Numbered from the stretch's first letter, positions 26,307 through 40,200 are shown. The stretch is 64,000 nucleotides of DNA from Antedon mediterranea (GCF_964355755.1 NC_092673.1:620001-684000), one strand, 5' to 3'. A program made the numbers and translations. The notes: generated from the sequence alone by a model not told the origin.

Positions 26307-27673
26307 GGTTGAGTTGTACAATGTACGTCTAGGTAAGATCTGGAATTATCTTCTTGGAGGTAAATAATTTGCCATTCAGCTATGTTCTCTCTAATACAAA
26401 TGTGATATTAGTAGCCGATTTTGAAGGTTAGAAAAGTTAATTTGCCTTATTTATAAAGTGTACTATTTTACTAAAGCATTATTTATAATAGCTAGAATAG
26501 TTTCTGCCAACTGTGCTTAACACTCGCCATACCAGAATAATATACTTGCATTAAACTTTTCACATGACCCAAAAAGAACTTTCTGTAAATCACTTCAAAA
26601 GTGTGCGTAATTTTTGTTTTTAGAGCCAATAGATAACAAATAAGAGGTACTGTTTTTTTTTTTCAATAGATATGTTAATAGAATTAAATAGTATTTAAAT
26701 AGAACAAATTGTGGAATTATTTTCTAGTTGCCAAAGTAAAATTAAAGAAAAAAACGTTTTTAAGTAGTTTTAATTAATATACTATTTATGTATCTAGTGT
26801 GTTTTAAGTATCCGGACAGAATGAAAAATAGATTGAAGAAATTGGCACTGTTTTTGGCAGTCAGATTTTGGTGGTAAACCAACACTTTTGAAAATTAGTT
26901 TGATCCTCTTTAAATTTGCTATATTTAAATAATGTGTTGTTTTGATTTAATTTAGCCTAACTTTTGTGAATAACTGGGAAGTTGCAATAACCTCCTTAAT
27001 TATGCCTACTGTACTAATTTTAAAAGACCTTGGTATTTAAAATTTTAAAATAAATACAAAATACTTAGTCATCAATTGATATTTGTTTTCCATTTCTTTC
27101 ACACACAACAAAAATACAATAGAAATACATGATTAATGAAATGATATTATAACACACCTTAGTAGATTCATGTCATTTGATTGGGGATTGTGTGATGTCC
27201 TTATTTCCAAGTACTGCAAGTTTACTTTGCAAATAATGATATATATATATACAACTTGGTCCTATGTATTATTAGGTGTTCTGGGGAGAAATTCTCTTAA
27301 TATGAGTTTTAAATGTACATATTTGTAATACAGAGCAACCACTACCACCAGCATGCTAATTATGACATAAAAGCCTGCATAAAATTGTATTATTTTTCAG
27401 AGAGATACAACTATAATTATATCATTTATCACTGCACACAAAACTATTCTAAATACCAATATAATTAAATACACTTTTTAAAACTTTGATACGATCTCTT
27501 GTATATAGTAAAATGCTTCTTTTTATATTTTTGTAGGTGATACATACCAATTTTTAAATTTAAAATTGCTCATCAGGTGTTTTACTGGAATTTTAAATTT
27601 ACTTTAATTTAGGTTAATTAAATTATTGGTTCTTCATCCTTTTCTTGTTTACTATTTTACTTTATTCTGTTTC

Positions 27674-30600
27674 TCATGATAAATCTTCAGTACTTGAGAT
27701 ACTCCTTCTATCTTGCTGATGTCTAAAACAAGAAGCTACATCATTAGGTTGTGTATCCATTCCTGCTTGAACTTGACAAGCAGTTTTCTTGCCAGATTGT
27801 TGCCACTTATTGAACACATCTTTGATTTCAGAAGTTGCTTCCACATCAATATTTACAAGATGAATTTCTTTGATCATTCGTATATAACGTTTATCATTCT
27901 TTGCGAAGTTGTAACAGTTAAATAACGTTTTCTCCTTTCTAATTTCTTTTTGTATTCTTCCTGAAATCTTCCGCCAGCTTTATCAGCAATAGCTTTTGCA
28001 ACTCCACTTCCATGCTGAACTTGATTATCAGCCTCATTAACTATAACATCAACATTTTCTTCTGTAATATCACCTTGTCTTACAATCACTGTGATTCCAC
28101 CTGGTAATACAAACTTCACATCAGAGAGAATTATTTCATCATCACTTCTAGGCCTGCTAACATCTAGTTCACCATGCTTTGTCGATTGAGATACCCCACA
28201 TAACTTTTGGAAATAAATAATAGCGTTATCCACATTTTCTTCATTTCCAACAAATGAAACCTCATTTGGTGAAATCAAAACAGTATGTTTCCTTGATGTT
28301 TCTTGTGAGGCTTTCAGAACTTTCTCAACATTAATGTTTGTTACCTTAAGTGATTTGATTGTAGGATTTAGACTTTGACACTTGCTTTTAAAAGTATCTT
28401 CAGCTAGCTTTCTATCATCATCATTTCCTGGTGTGTTGGACTTAATGGCAAAGTTATTATCTTCCAAAGTAAAAATGATATCAAACTTCTTTTCTAATTC
28501 ATTTACAAATTCTTTGTGACATGTTGTTAAGAACTGATATTCTAATTCTTTTGTACCTTCATTGCTTATACCAGCCACTTCTTTCACTCCAATATTAGAA
28601 GAGGTAGTTGTGGTGGTAGCTTGATCAACAGAACTTACTAATGACCGTTCAAGTTGGTCAGTTACATACTCAATTACTTTGTCTACATCTGCTTTGTTGT
28701 ATAACACAAGTTGTCCATCATCCAGATATTCTCCACTTATTCCCACAGTATTTAAGATACTGGTCTTTAGCGTTGGGTCAAGTAAATGTGCAACTTCACC
28801 AAGCTCCAAAGTGAATGCCTTGTCTGAGTGTCTTATCTAAAATTGACAAAAAAATAAATGTTATTGTAATCGAGACAAATTCAAATAGTTAGAAATAAAA
28901 GAACCTGTTGTATATGTTTAGGTAAAATAATATGGAGTGATACTTCCATGATCAAATGAATCTACTAATCATGCTTGTGTGTTACTGTAAGTAACCCAGA
29001 AAAAGAAAGTAATCTAATATCAACGTATATAAACATGAATAATTAGAAACTCACCTTGAAAGGAGATATCTTGGAATTTCCCCCCGACTCATTTAATATT
29101 GTCTTGGCATTTATCAGAGAGCTTGCAACTAAAATATTAATATGAAATGAATTACAACACAAATAAATTAGTTTTAATAAATGCACATGTATATTTATAG
29201 TACGGTAATAATACAATTAGTTTTATTTTTTAATAGTGAAGGTGTACCTTCTGATTCATCAAAAATAGCCAATGCTTTGTCTTCAGAGTTCCCAAATGGG
29301 TATATAACCTTATGAACATCACCACCTCCAAGTTTATGCTTCTGCAGAGTTATTTGCAATTTGTCACTAATTTCCCCATGAGAGCTATACTTTACAAACT
29401 CTGTCAAAATCACGCAATTTGCCAGGCTAAATTGCTCTTTATCCTGCAAATATAACATTCTTGATAAACAAAGAAAAAACTAGAATAAATACATGATTAA
29501 TCAATCAATAATAATATTATTACTTCTCATAATACATAAAAATATAACAAAATTAGTGATGAAGGTGGCATGGTCCTGGGTAAGCACAGTTTGTATTGAG
29601 GAAAACAGCTGGAATAAACATTATATTATGTGTTTTCAAAAATTCAACATAACCAAGGAGGTAAATATTATTTTTGATTGGTTAAGAGAGCTTGATAGAT
29701 CATAGAAAGACAGGAGGACATGGACGGGTTTGTCAAACAAATGACTGAGAATCTTGCTTTATGGGTTACATAGTCATTTGAGAAAGTCTTTAAAAAAACT
29801 AGAAAACGGTTGTTTGCTCAATTTCAGTGTAACTTTCTCACCTTCAGCTGATTATTCAACCATTTCTCAAGTTCTTCATTGAAATATGTTTCTGGTTTTT
29901 TGGTAGTGTCTCGATTGTCCAAAAATAGCAACTTCATATCATCCACTTTATAATATTTTATCGGTAATTTGTCCAGTATTTCAGGAATAATAGGAAGTAT
30001 TGGACTTACATCCAATATAATTGCTTCCTTCTGATGATCCACCTGAAATTATAACAATTAAGTATCTAATATATTGTAAATGGTCTACCAACTAACTAAA
30101 TTTCTTTATTAAGGTTGTCTTTAAACTGTATTTTTTCACATATAATTATTAGACTTTTTCAAATAAATTAAAAATAATAAATGGCTTTTCCTGTGTCTTT
30201 AATAATGTTATTTTGGATAAAGATTTTAGTGGTAATATTTTTACATGGAATAAATCTAAACCAAATTTAATTTTAAATTAGCCTTGTATATAATTACCAG
30301 ACTTGGCTTATATAAATTAGCAATTTAGCCATTGCACTAAAATTGTAATAACTGTCCATTTTTTTATGTTTAAATTGACGTTCATGTTGATGAATTACGT
30401 TCTTTCGTACTATGGAAATATGACAAACAAATTCACCTCAATTTTTTCAAACTTTAGTTCTGTTTCCTTTGTTATCTCAGAATTCATCACAAGCTGTTTT
30501 GCAACTAAAAATAAAGAAGAATAAAAATAAAGCACACAATATTGCAACACACATATTTCATGATATAATAAATTATGAATGAATTGTTAATTATTAATAA

Positions 30601-30945
30601 GGCTCAAATTCCAATAATGTAATGTAATCAATAATAACAGGCATCTAATTAGTGAATTCATAATGACCTCTCTGGACTTTGATTGTGAAATAGAAATTCT
30701 ATACATTAACCCTCTGTAGACAGGTGCATTGCACAGGAGTAATAACTGTTACCTTCTTTATCTGTAAACTGCACTATTGCCATATCTTGCTTGGTTCCAA
30801 CTGGATAAATGAGACCATGTAAATGATATTTTGATGGGAGTTCTTCAAAAGCTTTAATGAGGTGTGCAATGGTTGCCTTATCATCCTCCTTCACATCAAA
30901 ACCCTTAACAATCAATCCACTTTCTACTTGAGGAACCTCTAAATT
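27674..30945 (-). CDS. PARP14/PARP9-like RRM-KH-macro gene, 3' exons; macro domain internally deleted and frameshifted (possible pseudogene)
   Basis: Exons ~30945-30753, ~30505-30438, ~30042-29842, ~29442-29249, ~29128-29055 and 28836-27874. They give RRM-like KLQITLQKHKLGGGDVHKVIYP, KH-like VSFVGNEENVDNAI, and macro start ITVIVRQGDITEENVDVIVNEAD..HGSGVAKAI. The macro end IKEIHLVNID is in a different frame (27877-27674). No start exon is in view. Confidence 0.75.
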
Positions 30946-32419
30946 CTAAATAAAAACGAAATTTACTAACATTAACTAAAGTATGGTGACATTTATTTAA
31001 ATGTGTGCTGACCATGTTAAAAAGGGGCTGCTTTGACAATGTAAATAATTTGATTTTTTTTTCTAAGTATACAATGATGTTTCAGTAACTGAGAATATAA
31101 AAATATGACTACACTGTAGGCCTATACATTATCATATTTACTGAAAAGCAAAAGCATCTCAATAAGCCAGCAAAATTATGTTTTGTTTTTAATAATATTA
31201 AGTTTTTATAAACACGTGTTTCTCATGAATTCATATGTAGGAGAATTTTACAGTAGGCGGAGGTATTGATGATAAAAGAAGAGAATAAAATTGTGTAAAT
31301 TGCGTAAACGTAAGGACATTGAAACATCGTCAGAACAGGGTGATGCTCACAGAGACCACACGTACATGATACCAAGGGTAAGAACCAATTTTGTCACTAT
31401 ATTTTTAATATTATCACATATTTCCATTTAAAAGGTTTGTGTATTTCATGTAATGTTTAATGTGGGACTGTTATTAGTTAAAATACACAATGTAATACGT
31501 AGTATTTGTGTTGTGAAAACATTTTCATGTAATTCTTAGAAAATGTATCATGTTTGAATATTCTGTTGTTAATGTTAGGAACTATGCCTTCCCCTGAAGT
31601 ATATTTTTCCAGTTCCCAGAATGAAGATCTACACCTTTTCACCTGTGTGCTTTTGTCCTCTACAAATAAGATTCTGGTGACTGATGGACCACATGGATTA
31701 CTGCCATAACATATATGTAAGTAGGCCTGGTTACGTAAGTAGTAGGCCAGGTTGCGTACGTAAGTAGGCCAGGTTGCGTAAGTAGCAGGCCAGATTGCTT
31801 ACGTAAGTAGTAGGCCAGGTTGCGTACGTAAGTAGTAGGTCAGGTTATGCAAGTAGCAGGCCAGGTTGCGTGCGTAAGTAGCAGGCCAGGTTGCGTGCGT
31901 AAGTGGCAGGCTAGGTTGCGTGCGTAAGTGGCAGGCCAGGTTGCGTGCGTAAGTGACAGGCCAGGTTGCGTGCGTAAGTGGCAGGCCAGGTTGCGTGCGT
32001 AAGTGGCAGGCCAGGTTGCGTGCGTAAGTGGCAGGCCAGGTTGCGTGCGTAAGTGACAGGCCAGGTTGCGTGCGTAAGTAGCAGGCCAGGTTGCGTACGT
32101 AAGTAGCAGGCCAGGTTGCGTGCGTAAGTAGCAGGCCAGGTTGCGTGAGTAAGTGGCAGGCCAGGTTGCGTAAGTAAGTGGCAGGCCAGGTTGCGTAAGT
32201 AAGTGGCAGGCCAGGTTGCGTAAGTAAGTAGCAGGCCAGGTTGCCTAAGTAAGTAGCAGGCCAGGTTGCGTGCGTAAGTAGCAGGCCAGGTTGCGTGCGT
32301 AAGTAGCAGGCCAGGTTGCGTGCGTAAGTAGCAGGCCAGGTTGCGTAAGTAAGTAGAAGGCCAGGTTGCGTAAGTAAGTAGTAGGCCAGTTTATGTTTTT
32401 TTTTTACCCTTCTTTTCAG

Positions 32420-32753
32420 TAATCAAAACGTAGATACGGATGCTGTGATGCTTGCTAACGTCAAGACGATTGTAGGGAATGTGACTACTCCTTGGTTAGT
32501 AGATTGTTTTAGTATACTAGATTAATGGCAAATTAAATCTATGTCATAAGGTGTCCACTTTATTTATATTTGCATAGTTCAGCAATACCCTAACAAACAC
32601 CACATAATGTATGGCTACCTTTTTAGTTGAATATTAAATATAATTTGTTTAAATTATTATTGTGAATGCTTTATTCAGGATACGAAGAAATTTGGCGGAC
32701 AAAACAGGATTAGCGAGAAATGCAGGTTAAAGCAATGTATTGGATTGTCTTTG
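32420..32753 (+). pseudogene. Inactivated CXXC zinc-finger exons (CFP1/CXXC1-type), first of 10 copies
   Basis: AG-exon 32420-32494-GT and AG-exon 32679-32753-GT splice in frame to *SKRRYGCCDAC*RQDDCRECDYSL|DTKKFGGQNRISEKCRLKQCIGLSL. Exon A is repeated at 37371, 39615, 44024, 48375, 50692, 55100, 57416, 60580 and 63875. Confidence 0.85.
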
Positions 32754-32810
32754 GTAAGTTCTGTACTTAATTAAGGAATTTATTTACTTCTTATCTAAAG
32801 ACCATTTTCC

Positions 32811-34246
32811 TACGAAAGCCCATTAATGCCATTTGAAGTATATGTTTTTCGAACGTAATCCGTTCTAACGAATTAGTAATTCGTTTGAACGGATTAATAA
32901 TCTGTTCAAACGAATTAGTAATCCGTTCAAACGAATTGCAACATATACAACAAGTGCCATTTAAAGTATATGTTGTAATTCGTTTAAACGGATTACTAAT
33001 CCGTTCAAACGAATTACTAATTTGTTCAAACGAATTACTAATTCGTTCAAACGAATTACTAATTTGTTTAAACGGATTACTAATTTGTTTAAACGAATTA
33101 ATAATTTGTTTAAACGGATTATTAATCCGTTTAAACAAATTATTAATTTGTTTAAACAAATTATTAATTTGTTTAAACAAATTATTAATTTGTTTAAACA
33201 AATTATTAATTTGTTTAAACAAATTATTAATTTGTTTAAACAAATTATTAATTTGTTTAAACAAATTACTAATTTGTTTAAACGGATTACTAATTCGTTT
33301 GAACGAATTAGTAATCCGTTTAAACAAATTATTAATTCGTTTAAACAAATTAGTAATCCGTTTAAACAAATTAGTAATTCGTTTAAACAGATTAGTAATC
33401 CGTTTAAACAAATTACTAATCCGTTTGGACGGATTCCTAATTCGTTTGAACAGATTATTAATCTGTTTAAACAAATTAGTAATTCGTTTGAACGGATTAG
33501 TAATCTGTTCAAACGAATTAGTAATCCGTTCAAACCAATTGCAACATATACAACAAGTGCCATTTAAAGAATATGTTGTAATTCGTTTGAACGGATTACT
33601 AATCTGTTCAAACGAATTACTAATTTGTTTAAACAGATTAATAATCTGTTAAAACAAATTAGGAATCCGTTCAAACGGATTAGTAATTTGTTTAAACGGA
33701 TTACTAATTTGTTCAAACGAATTACTAATTCGTTCTAACGAATTAGTAATCCGTTTGAACAAATTATTAATTTGTTTAAACAAATTAATAATTTGTTTAA
33801 ACGGATTACTAATTCGTTCAAACGAATTACTAATTTGTTCAAACAGATTAATAATCCGTTTAAACAAATTATTAATTTGTTTAAACAAATTACTAATTCG
33901 TTTAAACGGATTACTAATTCGTTTGAACGAATTAGTAATTTGTTTGAACGGATTACTAATCCGTTTAAACAAATTAGTAATTCGTTTGAACGAATTAGTA
34001 ATCCGTTTAAACAAATTAGTAATTCGTTTGAACGGATTAGTAATCTGTTCAAACGAATTAGTAATCCGTTCAAACGAATTACAACATATACTTTAAATGG
34101 CACTTGTTGTATATGTTGCAATTCGTTTGAACGGATTACTAATTCGTTTGAACAGATTATTAATCCGTTCAAACGAATTACTAATTCGTTATAACGGATT
34201 ACGTTCGAAAAACATATACTTAAAATGGCATTAATGGGCTTTTGTA
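32811..34246. mobile_element. Non-autonomous foldback DNA element with internal ~21-bp repeats, IS3EU-like termini
   Basis: Long TIRs (TACGAAAGCCCATTAATGCCATTT.../...AAATGGCATTAATGGGCTTTTGTA) flanked by duplicated TTTTCC (32805-32810, 34247-34252). The empty site GACCATTTTCCTATAATT is visible in the other cores. Confidence 0.88.
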
Positions 34247-37200
34247 TTTTCCTATAATTTGTGACAATTTGTAAAAATAATAAATATATATAATACTTTA
34301 AAAACATTAAACCAAGTCATTCCTTGTCTTAAATAAACGTTTTATGGTAAATTATGATAGAAAGCTACATATATAGCTAGATAGATCACTTTGTGGTCCG
34401 AAACATATAACTTTAGACCAAATTCATATTCATTTTTGTTGACATTTATCACATTTTTAGAGGTGTTTAACAATCCATATTTTATTAATATTGACAATGT
34501 TTATATAATATATCAAATAAATTGCTAAAAAAAAACTAATTTTATTTTCAATTATTACTTCGAAAACTTTGTTTCGTGCAACAAAGGGCGTAACTTGTTT
34601 ACATCGTTCGCATGACTAAAAAATGATGACTTTCGACAATGTTTAGAAAATGTTTGCTTTATTGCATCTTTAGCCCTAGTAGTACTACCCCATAGTGTCT
34701 GTCTCTGAAAATAAAGTTTGGGGAAAAAAGCTTATTTTATGCTTATAAAACGCATATCAAAGCCGATGAATTTATGTGTGCCGAATTGTCCCGGGGCTAA
34801 AAACTTCATTTTTGTACAATAGGCAAGAGTTTATAATTTGTGATTTGTAATTTTAAAACATGATTAAATTTAATTTACATGTTTTTTGATGCAAGTAGTT
34901 TTAAAAATTTCTTTTAAAATTCACCTGTTTGTTTTTGGCGTTGCTGTTCTATTGTTAGTCAACTGAAAATATTGTTAGTTGAAAGGCTGGTTACAAAACC
35001 ATTAGACCAAATTTGCATACACATGGTTGTAGTGAAATTAGACTAATCACACACAGCATTGAGACACAAAAATATATATGTATTTTGTTTCTCATGAAGG
35101 AGAATTTTACAGTAGGCGGAGGTATTGATGATAAAAGAAGAGAATAAAATTGTGTAAATTGCGTAAACGTAAGGACAGTGAAACATCGTCAAAACAGGGT
35201 GATGCTCACAGAGACCACAAGTACATGATACCAAGGGTAAGAACCAATTTTGTCACTATATTTTTAATATTATCACATATTTCCATTTAAAAGGTTTGTG
35301 TATTTCATGCAATGTTTAATGTGGGACTGTTATTAGTTAAAATACACAATGTAATACGTAGTATTTGTGTTGTGAAAACATTTTCATGTAATTCTTAGAA
35401 AATGTATCATGTTTAAATATTCTGTTGTTAATGTTAGGAACTATGCCTTCCCCTGAAGTATATTTGTCCAGTTCCCAGAATGAAGATCTACACCTTTTCA
35501 CCTGTGTGCTTTTGTCCTCTACAAATAAGATTCTGGTGGCTGATGGACCACATGGATTAATGCCATAACATATATGTAAGTAGGCCTGGTTACGTAAGTA
35601 GTAGGCCAGGTTGCGTACGTAAGTAGGCCAGGTTGCGTAAGTAGCAGGCCAGATTGCTTACGTAAGTAGTAGGCCAGGTTGCGTACTTAAGTAGTAGGTC
35701 AGGTTATGCAAGTAGCAGGCCAGGTTGCGTGCGTAAGTAGCAGGCCAGGTTGCGTGCGTAAGTAGCAGGCCAGGTTGCGTGCGTAAGTGGCAGGCCAGGT
35801 TGCGTAAGTAAGTGGCAGGCCAGGTTGCGTGCGTAAGTAGCAAGCCAGGTTGCGTGCGTAAGTAGCAGGCCAGGTTGCGTGCGTAAGTAGCAGGCCAGGT
35901 TGCGTAAGTAAGTAGCAGGCCAGGTTGCGTGCGTAAGTAGCATGCCAGGTTGCGTGCGTAAGTAGCATGCCAGGTTGCGTGCGTAAGTAGCAGGCCAGGT
36001 TGCGTAAGTAAGTAGCAGGCCAGGTTGCGTAAGTAAGTACCAGGCCAAGTTGCGTAAGTGGCAGGCCAGGTTGCGTGCGTAAGTGGCAGGCCAGGTTGCG
36101 TGCGTAAGTGGCAGGCCAGGTTGCGTGCGTAAGTGGCAGGCCAGGTTGCGTGCGTAAGTGGCAGGCCAGGTTGCGTGCGTAAGTGGCAGGCCAGGTTGCG
36201 TAAGTAAGTGGCAGGCCAGGTTGCGTGCGTAAGGGGCAGGCCAGGTTGCGTGCGTAAGTGGCAGGCCAGGTTGCGTGCGTAAGTGGCAGGCCAGGTTGCG
36301 TGCGTAAGTGGCAGGCCAGGTTGCGTAAGTAAGTGGAAAGCCAGGTTGCGTAAGTAAGTAGCAGGCCAGGTTGCGTGCGTAAGTAGCAGGCCAGGTTGCG
36401 TGAGTAAGTAGCAGGCCAGGTTGCGTGCGTAAGTAGCAGGCCAGGTTGCGTGAGTAAGTAGCAGGCCAGGTTGCGTAAGTAAGTGGCAGGCCAGGTTGCG
36501 TAAGTAAGTGGCAGGCCAGGTTGCGTAAGTAAGTGGAAAGCCAGGTTGCGTGCGTAAGTAGCAGGCCAGGTTGCGTGCGTAAGTAGCAGGCCAGGTTGCG
36601 TGAGTAAGTGGCAGGGCAGGTTGCGTGCGTAAGTGGCAGGGCAGGTTGCATGCGTAAGTGGCAGGCCAGGTTGCGTGCGTAAGTGGCAGGCCAGGTTGCG
36701 TGCGTAAGTGGCAGGCCAGGTTGCGTGCGTAAGTGGCAGGCCAGGTTGCGTAAGTAAGTGGCAGGCCAGGTTGCGTAAGTAAGTGGCAGGCCAGGTTGCG
36801 TAAGTAAGTGGCAGGCCAGGTTGCGTAAGTAAGTACCAGGCCAGGTTGCGTAAGTAGCAGGCCAGGTTGCGTGCGTAAGTGGCAGGCCAGGTTGCGTGCG
36901 TAACTGGCAGGCCAGGTTGCGTGCGTAAGTGGCAGGCCAGGTTGCGTGCGTAAGTGGCAGGCCAGGTTGCGTGCGTAAGTGGCAGGCCAGGTTGCGTGCG
37001 TAAGTGGAAGGCCAGGTTGCGTAAGTAAGTAGCAGGCCAGGTTGCGTGCGTAAGTAGCAGGGCAGGTTGCGTGCGTAAGTAGCAGGCCAGGTTGCGTGCG
37101 TAAGTAGTAGGCCAGGTTGCGTGAGTAAGTAGCAGGCCAGGTTGCGTGCGTAAGTAGCAGGCCAGGTTGCGTAAGTAAGTAGAAGGCCAGGTTGCCTAAG

Positions 37201-40200
37201 TAAGTAGAAGGCCAGGTTGCGTGCGTAAGTAGAAGGCCAGGTTGCGTGCGTAAGTAGCAGGCCAGGTTGCGTGCATAAGTAGCAGGCCAGGTTGCGTGCG
37301 TAAGTAGCAGGCCAGGTTGCGTAAGTAAGTAGTAGGCCAGTTTATGTTTTTTTTTTACCCTTCTTTTCAGTAATCAAAACGTAGATACGGATGCTGTGAT
37401 GCTTGCTAACGTCAAGACGATTGTGGCTTCTCCTTGGTTAGTAGATTGTTTTAGTATACTAGATTAAAGGCAAATTAAATCTATGTCATAAGGTGTCCAC
37501 TTTATTTATATTTGTATGGTTCAGCAATACCCTAACAAACACCACATAATGTATGGCTACCTTTTTAGTTGAATATTAAATATAATTTTTTTAAATTATT
37601 ATTGTGAATGCTTTACTCGGGATACGAAGAAATTTGGCGGACAAAACAGGATTAGCGAGAAATGCAGGTTAAAGCAATGTATTGGATTGCCTTTGGTAAG
37701 TTCTGTACTTAATTAAAGAATTTCCTTTCTTCTTATTTAAAGACCATTTTCCTATAATTTGTGACAATTTGTAAAAATAATAAATATATATAATACTTTA
37801 AAAACATTAAACCAAGTCATTCCTTGTCTTAAATAAACGTTTTATGGTAAATTATGATAGAAAGCTACGTAGATAGCTAGATAGATCACTTTGTGGTCCG
37901 AAACGTATAACTTTAGACCAAATTCATATTCTTTTTTGTTGACATTTATCACATTTTTAGAGGTGTTTAACAATCCATATTTTATTAATATTGACAATGT
38001 TTATATAATATATCAAATAAATTGCTAAAAAAAAACTAATTTTATTTTCAATTATTACTTCGAAAACTTTGTTTCGTGCAACAAAGGGCGTAACTTGTTT
38101 ACATCGTTCGCATGACTAAAAAATGATGACTTTCGACAATGTTTAGAAAATGTTTGCTTTATTGCATCTTTAGCCCTAGTAGTACTACCCCATAGTGTCT
38201 GTCTCTGAAAATAAAGTTTGGGGAAAAAAGCTTATTTTATGCTTATAAAACGCATATCAAAGCCGATGAATTTATGTGTGCCGAATCGTCCCGGGGCTAA
38301 AAACTTCATTTTTGTACAATAGGCAAGAGTTTTTAATTTGTGATTTGTAATTTTAAAACATGATTAAATTTAATTTACATGTTTTTTGATGCAAGTAGTT
38401 TTAAAAATTTCTTTTAAAATTCACCTGTTTGTTTTTGGCGTTGCTGTTCTATTGTTAGTCAACTGAAAATATTGTTAGTTGAAAGGGTGGTTACAAAACC
38501 ATTACACCAAATTTGCATACACATGGTTGTAGTGAAATTAGCCTAATCACACACAGCATTGAGACACAAAAATATATATGTATTTTGTTTCTCATGAAGG
38601 AGAATTTTACAGTAGGCGGAGGTATTGATGATAAAAGAAGAGAATAAAATTGTGTAAATTGCGTAAACGTAAGGACAGCGAAACATCGTCAAAACAGGGT
38701 GATGCTCACAGAGACCACAAGTACATGATACCAAGGGTAAGAACCAATTTTGTCACTATATTTTTAATATTATCACATATTTCCATTTAAAAGGTTTGTG
38801 TATTTCATGTAATGTTTAATGTGGGACTGTTATTAGTTAAAATACACAATGTAATACGTAGTATTTGTGTTGTGAAAACATTTTCATGTAATTCTTAGAA
38901 AATGTATCATGTTTAAATATTCTGTTGTTAATGTTAGGAACTATGCCTTCCCCTGAAGTATATTTGTCCAGTTCCTAGAATGAAGATCTACACCTTTTCA
39001 CCTGTGTGCTTTTGTCCTCTACAAATAAGATTCTGGTGGCTGATGGACCACATGGATTAATGCCATAACATATATGTAAGTAGGCCTGGTTACGTAAGTA
39101 GTAGGCCAGGTTGCGTAAGTAAGTGGCAGGCCAGGTTGCGTGCGTAAGTAGCAGGCCAGATTGCTTACGTAAGTAGTAGGCCAGGTTGCGTAAATAAGTA
39201 GCAGGCCAGGTTGCGTGCGTAAGTAGCAGGCCAGGTTGCGTGCGTAAGTGGCAGGCCAGGTTGCGTGCGTAAGTGGCAGGCCAGGTTGCGTAAGTAAGTG
39301 GCAGGCCAGGTTGCGTGCGTAAGTGGCAGGCCAGTTTGCGTGCGTAAGTAGTAGGCCAGGTTGCGTAAGTAAGTGGCAGGCCAGGTTGCGTGCGTAAGTA
39401 GCAGGCCAGATTGCTTACGTAAGTAGTAGGCCAGGTTGCCTAAGTAAGTAGCAGGCCAGGTTGCGTGCGTAAGTAGCAGGCCAGGTTGCGTGCGTAAGTA
39501 GCAGGCCAGGTTGCGTGTGTAAGTAGCAGGCCAGGTTGCGTGCGTAAGTAGCAGGCCAGGTTGCGTAAGTAAGTAGTAGGCCAGTTTATGTTTTTTTTTT
39601 ACCCTTCTTTTCAGTAATCAAAACGTAGATACGGATGCTGTGATGCTTGCTAACGTCAAGACGATTGTGGCTTCTCCTTGGTTAGTAGATTGTTTTAGTA
39701 TACTAGATTAAAGGCAAATTAAATCTATGTCATAAGGTGTCCACTTTATTTATATTTGTATGGTTCAGCAATACCCTAACAAACACCACATAATGTATGG
39801 CTACCTTTTTAGTTGAATATTAAATATAATTTTTTTAAATTATTATTGTGAATGCTTTACTCGGGATACGAAGAAATTTGGCGGACAAAACAGGATTAGC
39901 GAGAAATGCAGGTTAAAGCAATGTATTGGATTGCCTTTGGTAAGTTCTGTACTTAATTAAAGAATTTCCTTTCTTCTTATTTAAAGACCATTTTTCTATA
40001 ATTTGTGACAATTTGTAAAAATAATAAATATATATAATACTTTAAAAACATTAAACCAAGTCATTCCTTGTCTTAAATAAACGTTTTATGGTAAATTATG
40101 ATAGAAAGCTACGTAGATAGCTAGATAGATCACTTTGTGGTCCGAAACGTATAACTTTAGACCAAATTCATATTCATTTTTGTTGACATTTATTACATTT

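Noticed and set aside
32420-32494. RNA editing or readthrough rescuing the CXXC domain
   Set aside because: A-to-I editing could restore TAC>TGC, but not TCC>TGC. Two TAA codons would also need recoding. A pseudogene is more parsimonious.
32791-34307. Overlapping ORFs on both strands (FKQINNL / LNKLLIC)
   Set aside because: Translation of ~21-bp repeats within a foldback element. No transposase motifs.
35043-35234. Repeated 63-aa ORF MVSCTCGLCEHH... as a multicopy small gene
   Set aside because: It is antisense to the exon remnants, begins at a non-ATG codon and has no recognisable domain. Its conservation reflects array homogeneity.
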